A stretch of 64,000 bases of DNA from assembly GCA_013265495.1 (NCBI GenBank), contig MU058781.1, positions 352,963 through 416,962 of the forward strand. The letters are read 5' to 3'. The DNA comes from Vicugna vicugna (Eukaryota). The notes beneath the pieces were generated by a model. The model saw only the letters and a program-made list of their open reading frames with translations, had not been told where the DNA came from and did no database searches. Positions 12,450-24,125 of the stretch are shown piece by piece. A program made the position numbers and the translations under genes. Within the stretch, counting starts at the first letter, position 1; each line of letters begins with the position of its first letter.

Positions 12450-13340
12450 CCACTGGCTAATACTCAATTTTGGTATAAACAGTAGGTTACATAAGAGGCA
12501 TAAAGAGATCCTGGAATATGGTAAACAGGATATAGTTAATGGTAAAATATTAAAAAGCAAATAAGTAGAAAAAAAGCAGATGACAAGAAGGACTATATCT
12601 GTCATTAATATTTATGAATCATAATTATTTAACACAATAAAAGTGTCCAGTAAGGATGCTCTTAATTAATATTTGAATTAATGAATTCAACATATATGGT
12701 AAATTAATTTTAAAATTTGCATTTAATATAGCATAAGTGTTCATCTATTTTGAAAATCACTCTATATGATAAAATTCATTCTATTGAGACATTTGTGAAT
12801 TGGCTTATAGAATGTATGCATTCCTAATTTAACCAAAAGCAATTTCCTATTGGCTGTTTATGAAAATTAATTGGGATGTTATTTATTTAAAAGAGAAGCA
12901 TGAAATTATAAATGCTTTGATTCCTTTTTAATTATCTCAAGGAGAGAAGGAAAAGAATGCAGGGGAAATGTGGACCTTTTTATGGCTTCGCTAAGCATTA
13001 TAGTATTGCAAATCCTTTATCCACAATTTTTTCAAGTTTTACAGTTACAGAATTGTTTTGGGTAATCATACAGAAATGATTAAAAGAGTAGAAAAGAGAA
13101 TCAATAGCAAAAGATTAAAGGGACTGTCATTTTGCAGCCTAAGGAAGAGGGAGAAGGCTAAAAGGCTTCAAATTCATGGAATTTTGCATCTTGGATGGTG
13201 ATTAATTGCTATTAATTCATCTGCAGAGAAGGAGAGAAAACATGTAAAGCTGTATTATGAACAGTTTAGATTAGACACCAAAAAATATCTGACTGAAAAA
13301 ATGAAAAACTAAGGAATACTATTTATTCAGGGATTGGAAA
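12450..13340 (+). mobile_element. CR1/L3 LINE remnant (fragmented)
   Basis: CR1-type ORF2 motifs: 'ataagaggcataaagagatcctggaa', 'aaagattaaagggactgtcattttgcagcctaaggaagag..agaaggct', 'agtttagattagacaccaaaaaa'. Confidence 0.5.
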
Positions 13341-13976
13341 ATTATGTTCTTATTTGAGTAATTACCTGGCCAAGATGTATGTTCATTGCATACACAATAT
13401 TTTCCCATGAAACTTTATAAAACATATGTTCATCACACGAGACTTGAAAGCACAGAAAAAAACCTAAATCAAAGCATCACCTTTGATATCATCCCTCTGA
13501 GAGAATTCATGGTAACGTCAGATATGTATTATTTCCTCAAATATTTTGTCAACTTTATACATCTGTGTTTTCTAAGAAAAATGCTAGTCAGTAAAACTTT
13601 TTAAAAAGAAATGAAAAAACAAAATAAAGAAGAATATAAATCGTCCCCATTGCAGCATATATAACCTTTTTCATGTAACATTATGTTGTGAGAATTTTCT
13701 GTCATCAGCTTATGCTTTTGACACTATTGTACATTCCATTATATAAACGTGCCAGGACTTATTTAATCAATTCAGCCTCAAACCTTTAGATTATCCCATT
13801 TTGTAATCATTAAATTAAGTGTTCCTGGTGTCATTTTCACATATTTTGAACACATTTCTGATTATTTCCTTAACCTATACTTCTACAAGTAGAATTACTC
13901 AAGCAGAGGGTATGAGCAATTTTAAGGCTTCTCCCAAATCTTGACAAATCGTTCTGCAGGAAAGATATGTCTTATT

Positions 13977-14017
13977 TTTTTAAAACATTTTTTATTGAGT
14001 TATACTCATTGTACAAT
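13977..14017 (-). mobile_element. About 40-bp L1 3'-terminal insertion with 13-bp TSD
   Basis: 'aaacattttttattgagttatactcattgtacaat' flanked by perfect gatatgtcttatt at 13964-13976 and 14018-14030. Confidence 0.8.
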
Positions 14018-14039
14018 GATATGTCTTATTAATGTCACC

Positions 14040-14133
14040 TTTTGTTGTTGTTAACGGAGGTACCGGGGATTGAACCCAGAACCTTGTGCATGCTAAGCAT
14101 GCGCTCTTACCCTTGAGCTATGACCCCACACCC
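14040..14133 (-). mobile_element. tRNA-Ala-derived SINE (vic-1-like), short form
   Basis: Reverse complement reads 'ggggtcatagctcaagggtaagagcgcatgcttagcatgcacaaggttctgggttcaatccccggtacctcc' plus an A-rich tail; 'atgtcacc' is repeated on both flanks. Confidence 0.85.
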
Positions 14134-14589
14134 TAAATTTTGTGTGTGTGTGATGTCACCATTTTTAACTAGCGACTAAAAGAGAAAGTAGCTGTGTTCT
14201 TTCATATTTAGTCCTTGTACTCTGGAACCATGACAGACTTCAAAATTTTTTCTTTGGAATGTTTTTTTTTTCTACTTAGAAAAAAGAACACACATCTCAA
14301 AGGACCTTAAAACCTGATGTCAGCTGAGGCTTACTAAGCCGTATCAATAAGATCACGTCATTCTCAAGAAAAGCATGTTTCAAATAAAAAGGAAATGTCA
14401 GCCTTGAGCGTTTTTATTAACCATCTTCCAAGTTTGCCTTCAGATTCAGCTTTGTCTGACCACTTCCTCTCTCTGGTTTATTTGTATTAGAAGAAGTGGA
14501 TCCATTAGCTGTGCCACTTGGTCGGAAGGCCAGGCTGCAAGTGTCCAATAACAGGTACTCGTATTTTTCACGGGCTGACTGATGCTTAC

Positions 14590-14676
14590 TTTGCGGACGG
14601 CCCCAGGAGCTGATGTAACCCGAGACAGGTCTTCGTTTACTTCTTGTTTTACTGACAATGTTGGCCCATTTGAAAC
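14590..14676 (-). other. Candidate internal exon (87 nt), unassigned
   Basis: Strong acceptor 'ttttctttctcacag|GTTTCA' and donor 'CGCAAA|gtaagc'; length divisible by 3; frame 0 VSNGPTLSVKQEVNEDLSRVTSAPGAVRK. Protein not recognised. Confidence 0.35.
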
Positions 14677-15299
14677 CTGTGAGAAAGAAAAATAAACATT
14701 CTGGACTGTAGGACCCGCAGCCCTTCCCTTGGTGGCTATTTTGGAATCTCTTCAAAGGCTTCTTTTTTTTTTTCCCCACTAGTTTGTTTTATTTTTTAGA
14801 TTCCACGTATAAGTGATATCACACTATAAATGGAGTATAGCCTTTAAACATTGTGAATCACTGTGCTGCAAACCTATAAAGGCTTTTTATTAACCCGCTC
14901 TTTCCCCAGCCAAAAACCCTGATCATGTCTCCCCTCTCCCAATCAAACCCAAAGTAATCAACATTCAACCAAATAAAGAAGCAAATAAAAAATATTAAAG
15001 ACTAAAAGTACGACAGAGACTTTTTATCTGGCACGTGCAGGCTACTTGGTGGTGCGGCTGCCAGGACGACTGAGAGCACACCAGGAACTGGAGACGAGCT
15101 GGTCACCATCCCGACCCTGTCTGCAGCAACTTAAATAGGTTTTTAGATGCCAAGTTAGATTTTTCTATACTGACATGTTTGTTCCACTGTTTTAGGTGTG
15201 TTGAGATGACGTCCTTGTTGATGTTGGGAAATAAATACCAAGTGAAAGAAGCATTTTTTACAGCTGCTAATGACACATTTAATGGATATGTATTGCTGT

Positions 15300-15505
15300 G
15301 CCACGCACCTTATTAAGCTATCTTTTACATTAGCTCACTTAATCTATGCAGCACATATCCAGATTTGACACGTGAAGAAAGTGAGATGTAAAGAGGTTAA
15401 CTAATTCCCCAGGGGCAGAGGGCCAGCCGCCGGTGACTGTGGACGCAGCTCCACGCCTGCCTGAGTGTGGAGTCCATGTTCTCCACTCTGACCCTCTGCT
15501 GTCTC
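15300..15505 (-). mobile_element. MIR SINE (diverged)
   Basis: 'gtgaagaaagtgagatgtaaagaggttaactaattccccaggg...agtccatgttctcc'. Confidence 0.55.
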
Positions 15506-15561
15506 TGTTTTCCATAGTTCCAGGTATGCACAAAACTGATCAAAAACAATATAGTGGAAAT

Positions 15562-15719
15562 GCATACAAGATCTTGTGGTAGCTCGCGGTGAAAAAGAAT
15601 GCGACAATGAATATATGTGTGTTCATGTATAACTGGAAAATTGTGCTCTACACTGGAAATGGACACAACATTGTAAACTGACTATATAACTCAATAAAAT
15701 AAAATTAAAAAAAAAAACA
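15562..15719 (+). mobile_element. Young L1 3' end with poly-A and TSD
   Basis: 'caagatcttgtggtagctc...acacaacattgtaaactgactatataactcaataaaa' plus poly-A; TSD aatatagtggaa at 15548-15559 and 15720-15731. Confidence 0.85.
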
Positions 15720-17289
15720 AATATAGTGGAATCCATACATTCAAATGAGTGATGTCCACACTGTTCCCCTGGCCGTCTGCCAGCTGTCTTCCTATACACA
15801 TGCATAACCCAGAAATGAGCTTATTTGTCAAATTGCCCTAAACCGTCCCCTTGAAGAGTCTATTTTGCCACTGTTCCTACCATTTGTAGCTTTTCCATGT
15901 TTGGCCTTCTCTTCACTTGGTGTTTGAGTCAGGAGTCAGTCAACTGTTATTTCATCAGTCATATCTTTTACATTATATGTATAAAAACTGTATTTATGCA
16001 TATAATTTGGGTACATAAATAACTTCATTACCAACAACGAGTTACTGGATTTGCCTCCTATATGTGTGTTTTCAAAAGTTCTATTTAATTTCAAAGAATT
16101 ACCCTCACATTGCATGGTGAGTTCTGAAAGGAATTTCAATAGAATTTGAGGAACTGCAAGACAATTAGAAAAGGCGTCGCCTCTGCACAGCCACTGTTAC
16201 GGACGCTGCTTCTTCGTGTTAAGTGTGAGTATTAATAAATTTGTTAAAAAGTATTCCTGCTACTTTATGCCTAACTTGTATATATTGCATTTATAGCCTA
16301 TATATATATTTTTTTGATTGTCTTGCATACACTTAAAATGCACAATGTGTTCAGAAGACTAACAATTACATGCCTGAGCAAAACTTATTATTAAAATGTC
16401 CAGCCTGTAAGCGTTGAAGCGAAGGGGCAGTCCACTGGAGCCGCTCTGGTCTGCAGCCTCGTCAGGGTGGCAACTAGCTCGCCTCCCACTCCTGACGTGC
16501 TTTCAGTCGTTCTGGCAGTCGTGCCACCAAGCCTGAGAACTCAATCCATACTCCAAGAGAAGGGACCTGGAGGAGAAGAGGGCTTTGGAGGGCATTTAAA
16601 AAAAATAAATGAAATAAAAGATGTGGCTAAAAGCTATCTTCTTAGATTCACAAGGCTGGAAACAGAGTTCCAACTCGAAATCAGCATGGACGAGCCAAAC
16701 AGCCTGCTCTGTCACGGAAGACAGCGGGGTTGGCACGCAGTCCAGTGTGTTCAGACTACTGGCACTGATAAAAACGTAGGCTAGATCTTCAGCCCAGAGA
16801 AGAATCTGGGTTCTTGGGAGAAAAATCCATTTTAACGATTGCAATCATTTTCCTGGATTACAATCCCAAACAGCAGGGAGCATTTGGAAACAGTTCTTGT
16901 ATTTATTTGAAGGAACTCAGAATACAGGTACATTAGTGTAAAGTGCACCCAGACAGAAATAAAAGGTTGCCCGGGCTGCGCTGCAGCAGGGCTGGTGCTG
17001 ACTCGGTGTGGGCAGTTAGGAGGAGCGGTGGGGTCTTTACGATGATATCAGAATGGGGCCTGGTATGAATTCTGCCTCACTAATGAAATCAGAAACCCAG
17101 AGCTAGGTGTGGCGAAGAGAATATTTACCATTTCTCGTCCAGTACTAATTTCATTTCTTGAACTAAATTTTGCTCATCCTCAGATCAGAACTGGTTTCTT
17201 CCATGAGACCCTGTAGGCACAATCCTTGTGGCCTCTGAGCCTTTCAGGAATGCGTGTTTTGGCTGGAACTTGGGTAATAATAGTAACAG

Positions 17290-17500
17290 TAACAACAACA
17301 ACATGCATCGGATGCTTTACATCCATTGACTCTCCTGATTCTTACACCAACCTTTGGATTCGGTACGTAAATTACCACCATTTTACATACGTTGGACCCG
17401 GGTATAGACAGGCAAGGTAACTGTCCCAACACCAGATACACAGAGCGGGGCAGAGCCGGGCTTCTGACCCAGGGAACGTGAGAGGGATGCTCCTCCCTGC
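17290..17500 (-). mobile_element. MIR SINE (diverged)
   Basis: 'tgctttacatccattgactctcctgattcttacaccaacc...ccattttacata...ggtaactgtcccaac...gcagagccggg'. Confidence 0.55.
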
Positions 17501-17599
17501 ATTTCCATTCACACATGCGTTCGGTAACGCAGCGTCTGGGGACGGCCCTTCAAGTTTGCTCAAACCGTGGCCCGCTACTCAAACACCCAGTCAGAGGGA

Positions 17600-17930
17600 A
17601 GAGCCACGGTCTCTAGAAAGAAGGAAATCTGATTAAGTGGAGGAACTGGAAGCTGGTAGGTGTGGGTGAAAACCAGAGATGAGGCCAAGGTCGCAAGAGC
17701 ACGAGGCCAACCAGTCGGAGCCGTACAAGCCAGGTCCAAGATTCGGTCTTTGTCCTTGGACCATGGCAACCCAGAAAAGCACTGAGCCAATCAGCATTTT
17801 TGAAAGTTCACTCTGGAAGCAATTAGAAAACTTCTCTGAAGTAGAGGAGGCTGAGAAGATGCCAGCAGAACCTGGAGGCAGATTCAGTAGCCCAGGGAGA
17901 GACGAGAGGTCTTAGATCAGGGGGCTGGTG
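17600..17930 (-). mobile_element. L2 LINE fragment
   Basis: Antisense L2 motifs 'agagatgaggcc', 'tttgaaagttcactctggaagca', 'ggaggcagattcagtagcccagggagagacgaga'. Confidence 0.55.
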
Positions 17931-20900
17931 ATGCAAGATTGTGCCCTGAAGCCCAGGCAGCCCCAGCTCTCCCTCTGGCCCAAATTCAGAAGCCAGTTAG
18001 GATGGGTGGGGGGTGTCGATGCCCTGAACATGGTACCTGGGCTACTGGGTGATATTTTTCTTCTCCAATTTTTTGATGCAAGATTTTATTTGTTTTAAAT
18101 AAAATTCATGGCTATCATTCTTGAACATGATTTAGGCCAGCTGAAATTTAGAGGAAAGGAAAAAAAGGAAAAACTATCGCGTGCCACATTTGGCATGATG
18201 TATAATGCAAATAACAGAATTAGTAATGTGTTGTCTTGGATTCCTCCTCCTGTAATAAAAAAGGAAAAGAAAATCTGGCCTGAAATAACGATGAGAAAGT
18301 TAGACCAACACAAAATCATTAGGCGGTTTGCTTTCCTGGAGTTCAACCTGATATATGATGTCAATATTTTCATAAGGATTAGATCATTTTCTGAGTAAAT
18401 CCATATGGCATCATTAGATTTCAGGTAGCTGAAAAATTCTAGTATAACATGAAATAATTTTGACTTGATAAGTTTCCTGTGAGTATGTCATTTGCACGTT
18501 TAATAGCATCTGTACAAAGAGCCCTAATTATATGTCCAATTTTTCTTAATAGCAAAAATGCTAGCTTGTCAAAACTTCATGTATTCAAAATGTGCAGCTT
18601 GATTATAAATTAGGAGACACTTAAGTGTGGGTTTCACTTACTACTTCGTACTAAACAGCCTCAGCCTGTGTTCTGACCTGCTAGCCTGCCAGATTTCACT
18701 TCAGGTAGACTTAAACACTTGTTGAAAGAAAGTTTATTGGGATTTCCATTAGGAATGACTGCTACTGGGAAATATAATTTATTAGACTGGCTCTTAGAGG
18801 GAAAAAGCAAGCCAAATTGACCCAGGATTCAAAAGAGCATTGTTTGTACCCTAGATAAACCAGCAAAAATCTTTCTAAATGTGTTTATATTTACACTTCC
18901 AATAAGGATCGCTGGAAAGCTGAAGGGTACGCTCTTTAAGCCCAGGATTGTGAAAACCGCTATTATGTAAGGCATCTTTTGTTTATAGAAGTTATAAAAA
19001 ATTGTGCCCCAAAGACCAACTAATGGAAATGACTGTATTTGTGATAATAGAGGTGATTCGAGTCAAAGCCCCCAACCAAAGAAACAGAAGCAGACGGGAT
19101 TAAGGTCTCAAATGCTACCCACAGCCTTGGAAGAACCACCCTCCTTTCCTTGGTCAGCTGAGTTCTCTGAAAGTCATGTTTATTTTTGGCCTGTAGGGAA
19201 TTTAGTGCCACTCACTGTTTGTACTAAGTTACTGCAGTGACTGATTATTATTAATTACCCTCCTGAAAGAATTTCAAGTCAGGCAGAACTCGCGTTTCAA
19301 AGTTACCGTACGTCCCAGCCCTTTGCACTTGGGTACAAGGATCCTGACGGTGACCTTGTTTGTGCCAGGCAAGACCTACACACCCCACTGGGCCGTCCCA
19401 TGGAACCCTAGTTTGGTGGACACGTCTTACTGACCTGACGGACATTTACCTAGAAACTTGGCTGTCAATACGTTGACTTACGATTTACTGTATAAACAGC
19501 TACACGTTTGCAAATGAAAGATGGTGCTGTTCAGAATAATGGCCAGTCAATGGATACAAACTCGACTTGTCCTGGGGCCACTAGGAGACAATTGAGAACC
19601 AAGAGACACTGAAAAATTCTTCTGAACACCCCAGCACGGTAGACAGAGAAGGTGAAATACTGAGGTTTACATAGGGCATTATGAGAAGCTATTTTGAATT
19701 CAGAATACGGTTTCTCTTATTTTAGATACGATTTGACTAAACTCTCCTGTTGCTTTATCTGATGCCCGGGGATGGGAGTTGCAAATCTGTAGAATGGAGT
19801 GGGTTCCTTAATAAGAAGCAGCCGCTGACAACCCTCTAAGGGAACAGATGGAAAACCACCCCCTAAAATGGCACAGTAAATGTTTAAAGAAAATAAAAAT
19901 TTAGTAGTTGTGGGTTATTTCATAAATGAAAATTTAGGAAGCCTGAAAAAGTTTGTATAGAATGCCCATTTGGGCTCTGCTACCCCAAAGCAGTCACTGC
20001 ATCACCTAGCTTTATATCAAGATATTCTGATCTGGAGGATAGTCTAAATAAATTCATGAATTTGTTGAGTTTCTACCATTGCTTTAAGTAATGCGATTTT
20101 CCAAGTCTCCTTGTCATTGCTCCCTTAATTTCAGTAGTCACTTGGTAAAAGAGTTAGATCCAGTTTAAATCAGTGATTTGCTATACTTGGAAACTTAAAA
20201 AAAAGTGTGAAATACCCACCTCTTCCCAAGACTTTTCTATATGTTCCACATATATTTTACAAGATGTAGTTGGTCACCTAGGCATTTGTTAAAATTCATA
20301 AGTAAAATAAATGAGTAAATAGGTCAATGAATTCTAGATTCTTCAGAATCAGCTGGAGAATGACCAGTTCTCTAACTCTCGTTAGGAGAAGACGGTTAAG
20401 CTTCAGTTTGCAGAGTGGTTGCACCATGTCAAGGGGGAAGCCCATGTTGTAACTTTGTCCTGAGGTCACAGGACAAAACTCTTAGAGACTACTTGGCAGA
20501 AGCAGATTCTGTACAGAAGGGGAAGGAGTAATCAAGTAATGTGAGACATTTTTGTCTGCTGGGAATGGAGAGAAAGGGAGATAGTTACAGGCACAAATGC
20601 ACATTCTAACTAAAACATAGCCGGATAATCTTAGTAGGATTCCAGCACATGAGAAGTAATGGTATGGACCAACTTGTCCTGTTTGGGGATTTTAATGCTG
20701 GTATTCAGGAATTATGTCACACCTTCTGGTCACAGGAGAAAAAAAGAGCTAGATATTGGTCAATATAAAGGGAGGTGATGAGAGAGCTTGGTGTCTCTGA
20801 TAGAGCCTGGGGAGGAGGGCTCAGAGGCGGGACAGCCAGTCCCTCTGCGGACAGGGTGGGAAGGGGGTTGTATTAGAGGCTGAGGGCTGTGAGGCTGAGG

Positions 20901-21683
20901 TCCAGCATGAGGCTATCACGGGCCTAATAAGAGATTTGAGAAATACATACTCATCTATGACCAGTTAATTAAACAAAAGCTCCCTGAAGCATCTCAAAGA
21001 TTAAAGTCAGTCTTGGTTTCAGGATCATGAAGCCAGCATGTGGGAATCAAACATTCCAGATTAAGAAATCCAACAGGCATTTTGATAAATACCCAGACAC
21101 TGAGCAAGAGCCCCTGAGAAGGCGTATTATCTCAGTAAAGCAAAACAAATTTGCAACCATTTTTCTGAAATTACGAGGAAGGAGAAGTTTTGGGGAATAA
21201 AAATGTGTCTCATTGTACACTAGTGTATCAACACGAATTTGATAGCTCACCAGTAGCATTTGCTGCTTTTATTCATTCATTTTGGTAAATTTATATATTT
21301 AATCATTTCTATGGCATCTCACAGGTTCATGTCTGTCTAAATCTTCCAACTCTCTCTCTCTTTTTTAATTCCCTTTTTCCTCCTTCAGTTTCCAAAAATG
21401 TGTTTCTTTTACATAGTTTGGAGCAGAAGCAACCAGGGTTTGCCAAACTTCTTTGATTCTGCGGGGCAGCGTTGTTGGTTTGCTTAAGATCACAGAGATC
21501 ATTGTTGTTAAGCTGACTCGCCAGTTGGGAGAGCGTGCTCTTGCTCGCGCTTAGATGACTGGGTAGCAAAAACTGGATGGAAGCCGTCCTGTGATGTCAC
21601 AGGCTGGGGATATTAATGCAAACATACGGAATCACACATGTCTATTATCTAAATACGATTACTCATACTTATCTGTGGGCCCC

Positions 21684-22049
21684 TGTGTTACTTTGCTGGT
21701 GCTGCTGTAATTGTACCACAGACCTGGTGGACAACATAACAAAGATGTATTTCCTCACAAGCCTGGAGACTAGATGGTCAAGATCAAGGTGTGGGAAGGG
21801 CTGGTTTCTTGAGACCTCTCTCCATGGCTTGCAAATCACTGTCTTTTCACCATGTCCCCACGTGGCCTTTCCTCTGTACGGATCTTTTTTACAAGGACAC
21901 TGGTCACACTGGATTAGGGACCACTGCTAATTGCCTCATTCAGCATTAATTACTTCGTTAAAGCTCCTATCTCCAGATACAGTCACGTTCTGAGCTACTG
22001 GCAGGACTACAACTTCTGAATTTGGGAGGATGTGATTCAGCCCATAAGA
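21684..22049 (-). mobile_element. MaLR LTR, MLT1B/C-like solo LTR
   Basis: 'tgtgttactttgctggtgctgctgtaa..taccacagac', 'aagatcaaggtgt', 'acaaggacactggtcacactggattaggg', 'tatctccagatacagtcacgttctgag', ending 'attcagcccataa'. Confidence 0.85.
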
Positions 22050-23299
22050 GTGCACTTGGAACACTTTGAATGTTGATCTTACGATGAGTGTCAATTCAGG
22101 GTTATCTGGTAGACTACGTGCTAGCCTTTGGATAATTATCTATCCTTGCACCATTTTACCAAATCCTTCTTTCTCAGAGCAACTCTGGGGAAGTAAAATA
22201 CCCACAGATTCCTCTCCTTCGTGGCACGCTACCAGTAACCCCAGCGCTGTGGATGCCTAACCCCGAGGCACCTGAGGTTAAGACACTGGTGCCCCGCACG
22301 GCACATTAGCGTCAATGACAACCACTTAACACGTCATCTGTCCTCACACTGCAGGGCGCTAAGCCGTGCACACCAGGAAAACAGTCGAGTCGTGGGGTCC
22401 CTGTTGTGTTATTTACCTCTGCTTTGAGCTGTTAAGTCCACCACAGCCATTTAGTAAATGATCAGTTTTCCTATTGGCCCTAAATCGTGCCTAATTAAAA
22501 AGCTGACCTCCACCAGCTAGTCCTCTTCCTAAATAGACAGAACATAAACAGGAAAAATCAGCTAATTGCTACAAAAACCGCTTTTGTGGCACTGTAATTG
22601 GACCTCAGTGAAACAAATGAACCCACTGGGGATTCCTTAATGAATGTTTAACTGCAAACGGTAGTCGGGCACTTAAGCAGCTAGGCTGATGGTCCCTAAT
22701 GAAATCAAATAAAATCAAATAAAAGAATCTGGCATTTTTACTAACCAGATTTCTTGGCACTATGACATGAAGAATAATATATTTCTGAGTAAATAAATAT
22801 AGGAAAAGTTGTAAATGGAGCAGTGAAAACTTACTTGAAACCGCTCAGATTACACTTAGGAAAATACAACCCATAGAAGAAAACCTCAGCAGAACAGACA
22901 CACGCTGTTTAATTTCACACATGAGCTCTCTGTCACGGGAGGCACTTGAGGGAACTACTAGATTTGAATTGAACTGTTATCTTATCGACACTTATGAAAA
23001 GTACAATTTCTTATCTTTACCTTTCTTTTAAAAATTTTTTCAGATCAGGGAGTATTTTGAAACTGACAAACATGAAAATCACAGTTTACAGTGCTGTCAG
23101 CGTGCTTCCTCAGGGGTCAGGGACATTTCTCATTTGTGTTTCCCTTGCCTAATAGATGATGCATGAATTCTAATGACAGTGAAATAGAGCTACAATTTAG
23201 GTTTCTTTTCTGGTTATATGAATATTAAAGGGAACCTTAATAAGTTGTTATTATTATAAGCAATTTAAGGAAGTGTACCCACAGGGGCTGACAAGGAGC

Positions 23300-23910
23300 C
23301 CTAACACTCACTAAGATTTGTGTGATTCCCACTCTCCTTGGCTTCCTGCTAGTTTTAGCCTCCTTTGCATCCAAGTTTGTAGGGGTCATACGATGATTTC
23401 TGAGCCATGGGATGTAAGAGGAAGTGATGTATGTCCTTCCAGACCTGTCTCATAAGCACCCCCGAGACCTCCATGTGGTCTAGGTCTTTCACTGCCACGT
23501 GGTCGATGGAGGTGCAGCGAGTGATTGAAAAGGCTAAACTCGGAGGATCTCAGATTATAATCCCCAGACTTATAATATCACAGCACTGGCATTATCTGGG
23601 AATCTGTCAAAAATGAAAATCCCTGGGCCTCAACCCAAACCTGCTGAATCAGACACCCAGGGAATGGACCCAACAATCTGCTTTAGCCAGCCCTCCAGGA
23701 GATTCGGATGCACTTTAAAATTTAAGCAGCATGGCTCTTGAAGATGGCTACTAGTTGGAAGGACTGAGGACCCTGAGTGAATGTACATGTGAGAAAACAA
23801 TCCTTCCCTGCCCTGAGTAGTGACACAAGCAAGAGATATCTCAATTATGCTAAAATGCTGAAAGTTTTGGGTTGGTTATTATAGAAGTTAGCATGAGATG
23901 CCCTCACTAA
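23300..23910 (+). mobile_element. Old MaLR LTR (MLT1H/J-like), interrupted by MER5
   Basis: 'cctcctttgcatccaagtttgtaggggtca...gatgtaagaggaagtgatgtatgtccttccagacct' and terminal 'gttttgggttggttattatagaagttagcat...cactaatata'. Confidence 0.55.
23560..23735. mobile_element. MER5A-like hAT-Charlie DNA transposon
   Basis: 'gcattatctgggaatctgtcaaaaatgaaaatccctgggcctcaacccaaacctgctgaatcagacac...gccctccaggagattcggatgcactttaaaatttaag'. Confidence 0.8.
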
Positions 23911-23949
23911 TATACAAGTAAAGAAATCATTCACGTAAAATGTGCACCC

Positions 23950-24125
23950 TCTTAGTTTCGGCCTCCTTTGAATCTAGGCAGGGGGTCATATGGTGACTCC
24001 TGACTAGTGGAACATGGGAGGAAGTGACTACACCTCTTTTAGGTCTGGTCCATAAGACATCACTGAGATCTTCTATGTGGTCTTTATTTTCACTGTTGCT
24101 CATTGGATGGATGTAGAAGACCATT
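23950..24125 (+). mobile_element. Second MLT1-like LTR fragment
   Basis: 'ggcctcctttgaatctaggcagggggtcatatg...ggaggaagtgactacacctcttttaggtctggtccataag' parallels 23360-23455. Confidence 0.5.

Noticed and set aside
14055..14130. tRNA-Ala(AGC) gene (also at 7.1, 37.7 and 62.6 kb)
   Set aside because: Indels and mismatches in the stems, A-rich tails and TSDs identify these as SINE heads rather than tRNA genes.
17929..18085. 12-bp direct repeat tgatgcaagatt flanking 133 bp, as a possible TSD
   Set aside because: No poly-A or terminal inverted repeats in the right position; one such nearby 12-mer match is roughly expected by chance in 64 kb.
19251..19450. CpG-containing minus-strand segment with splice-like ends (ORF 64 aa)
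   Set aside because: All three frames hit a stop soon after the acceptor, and the peptide is unrecognisable.
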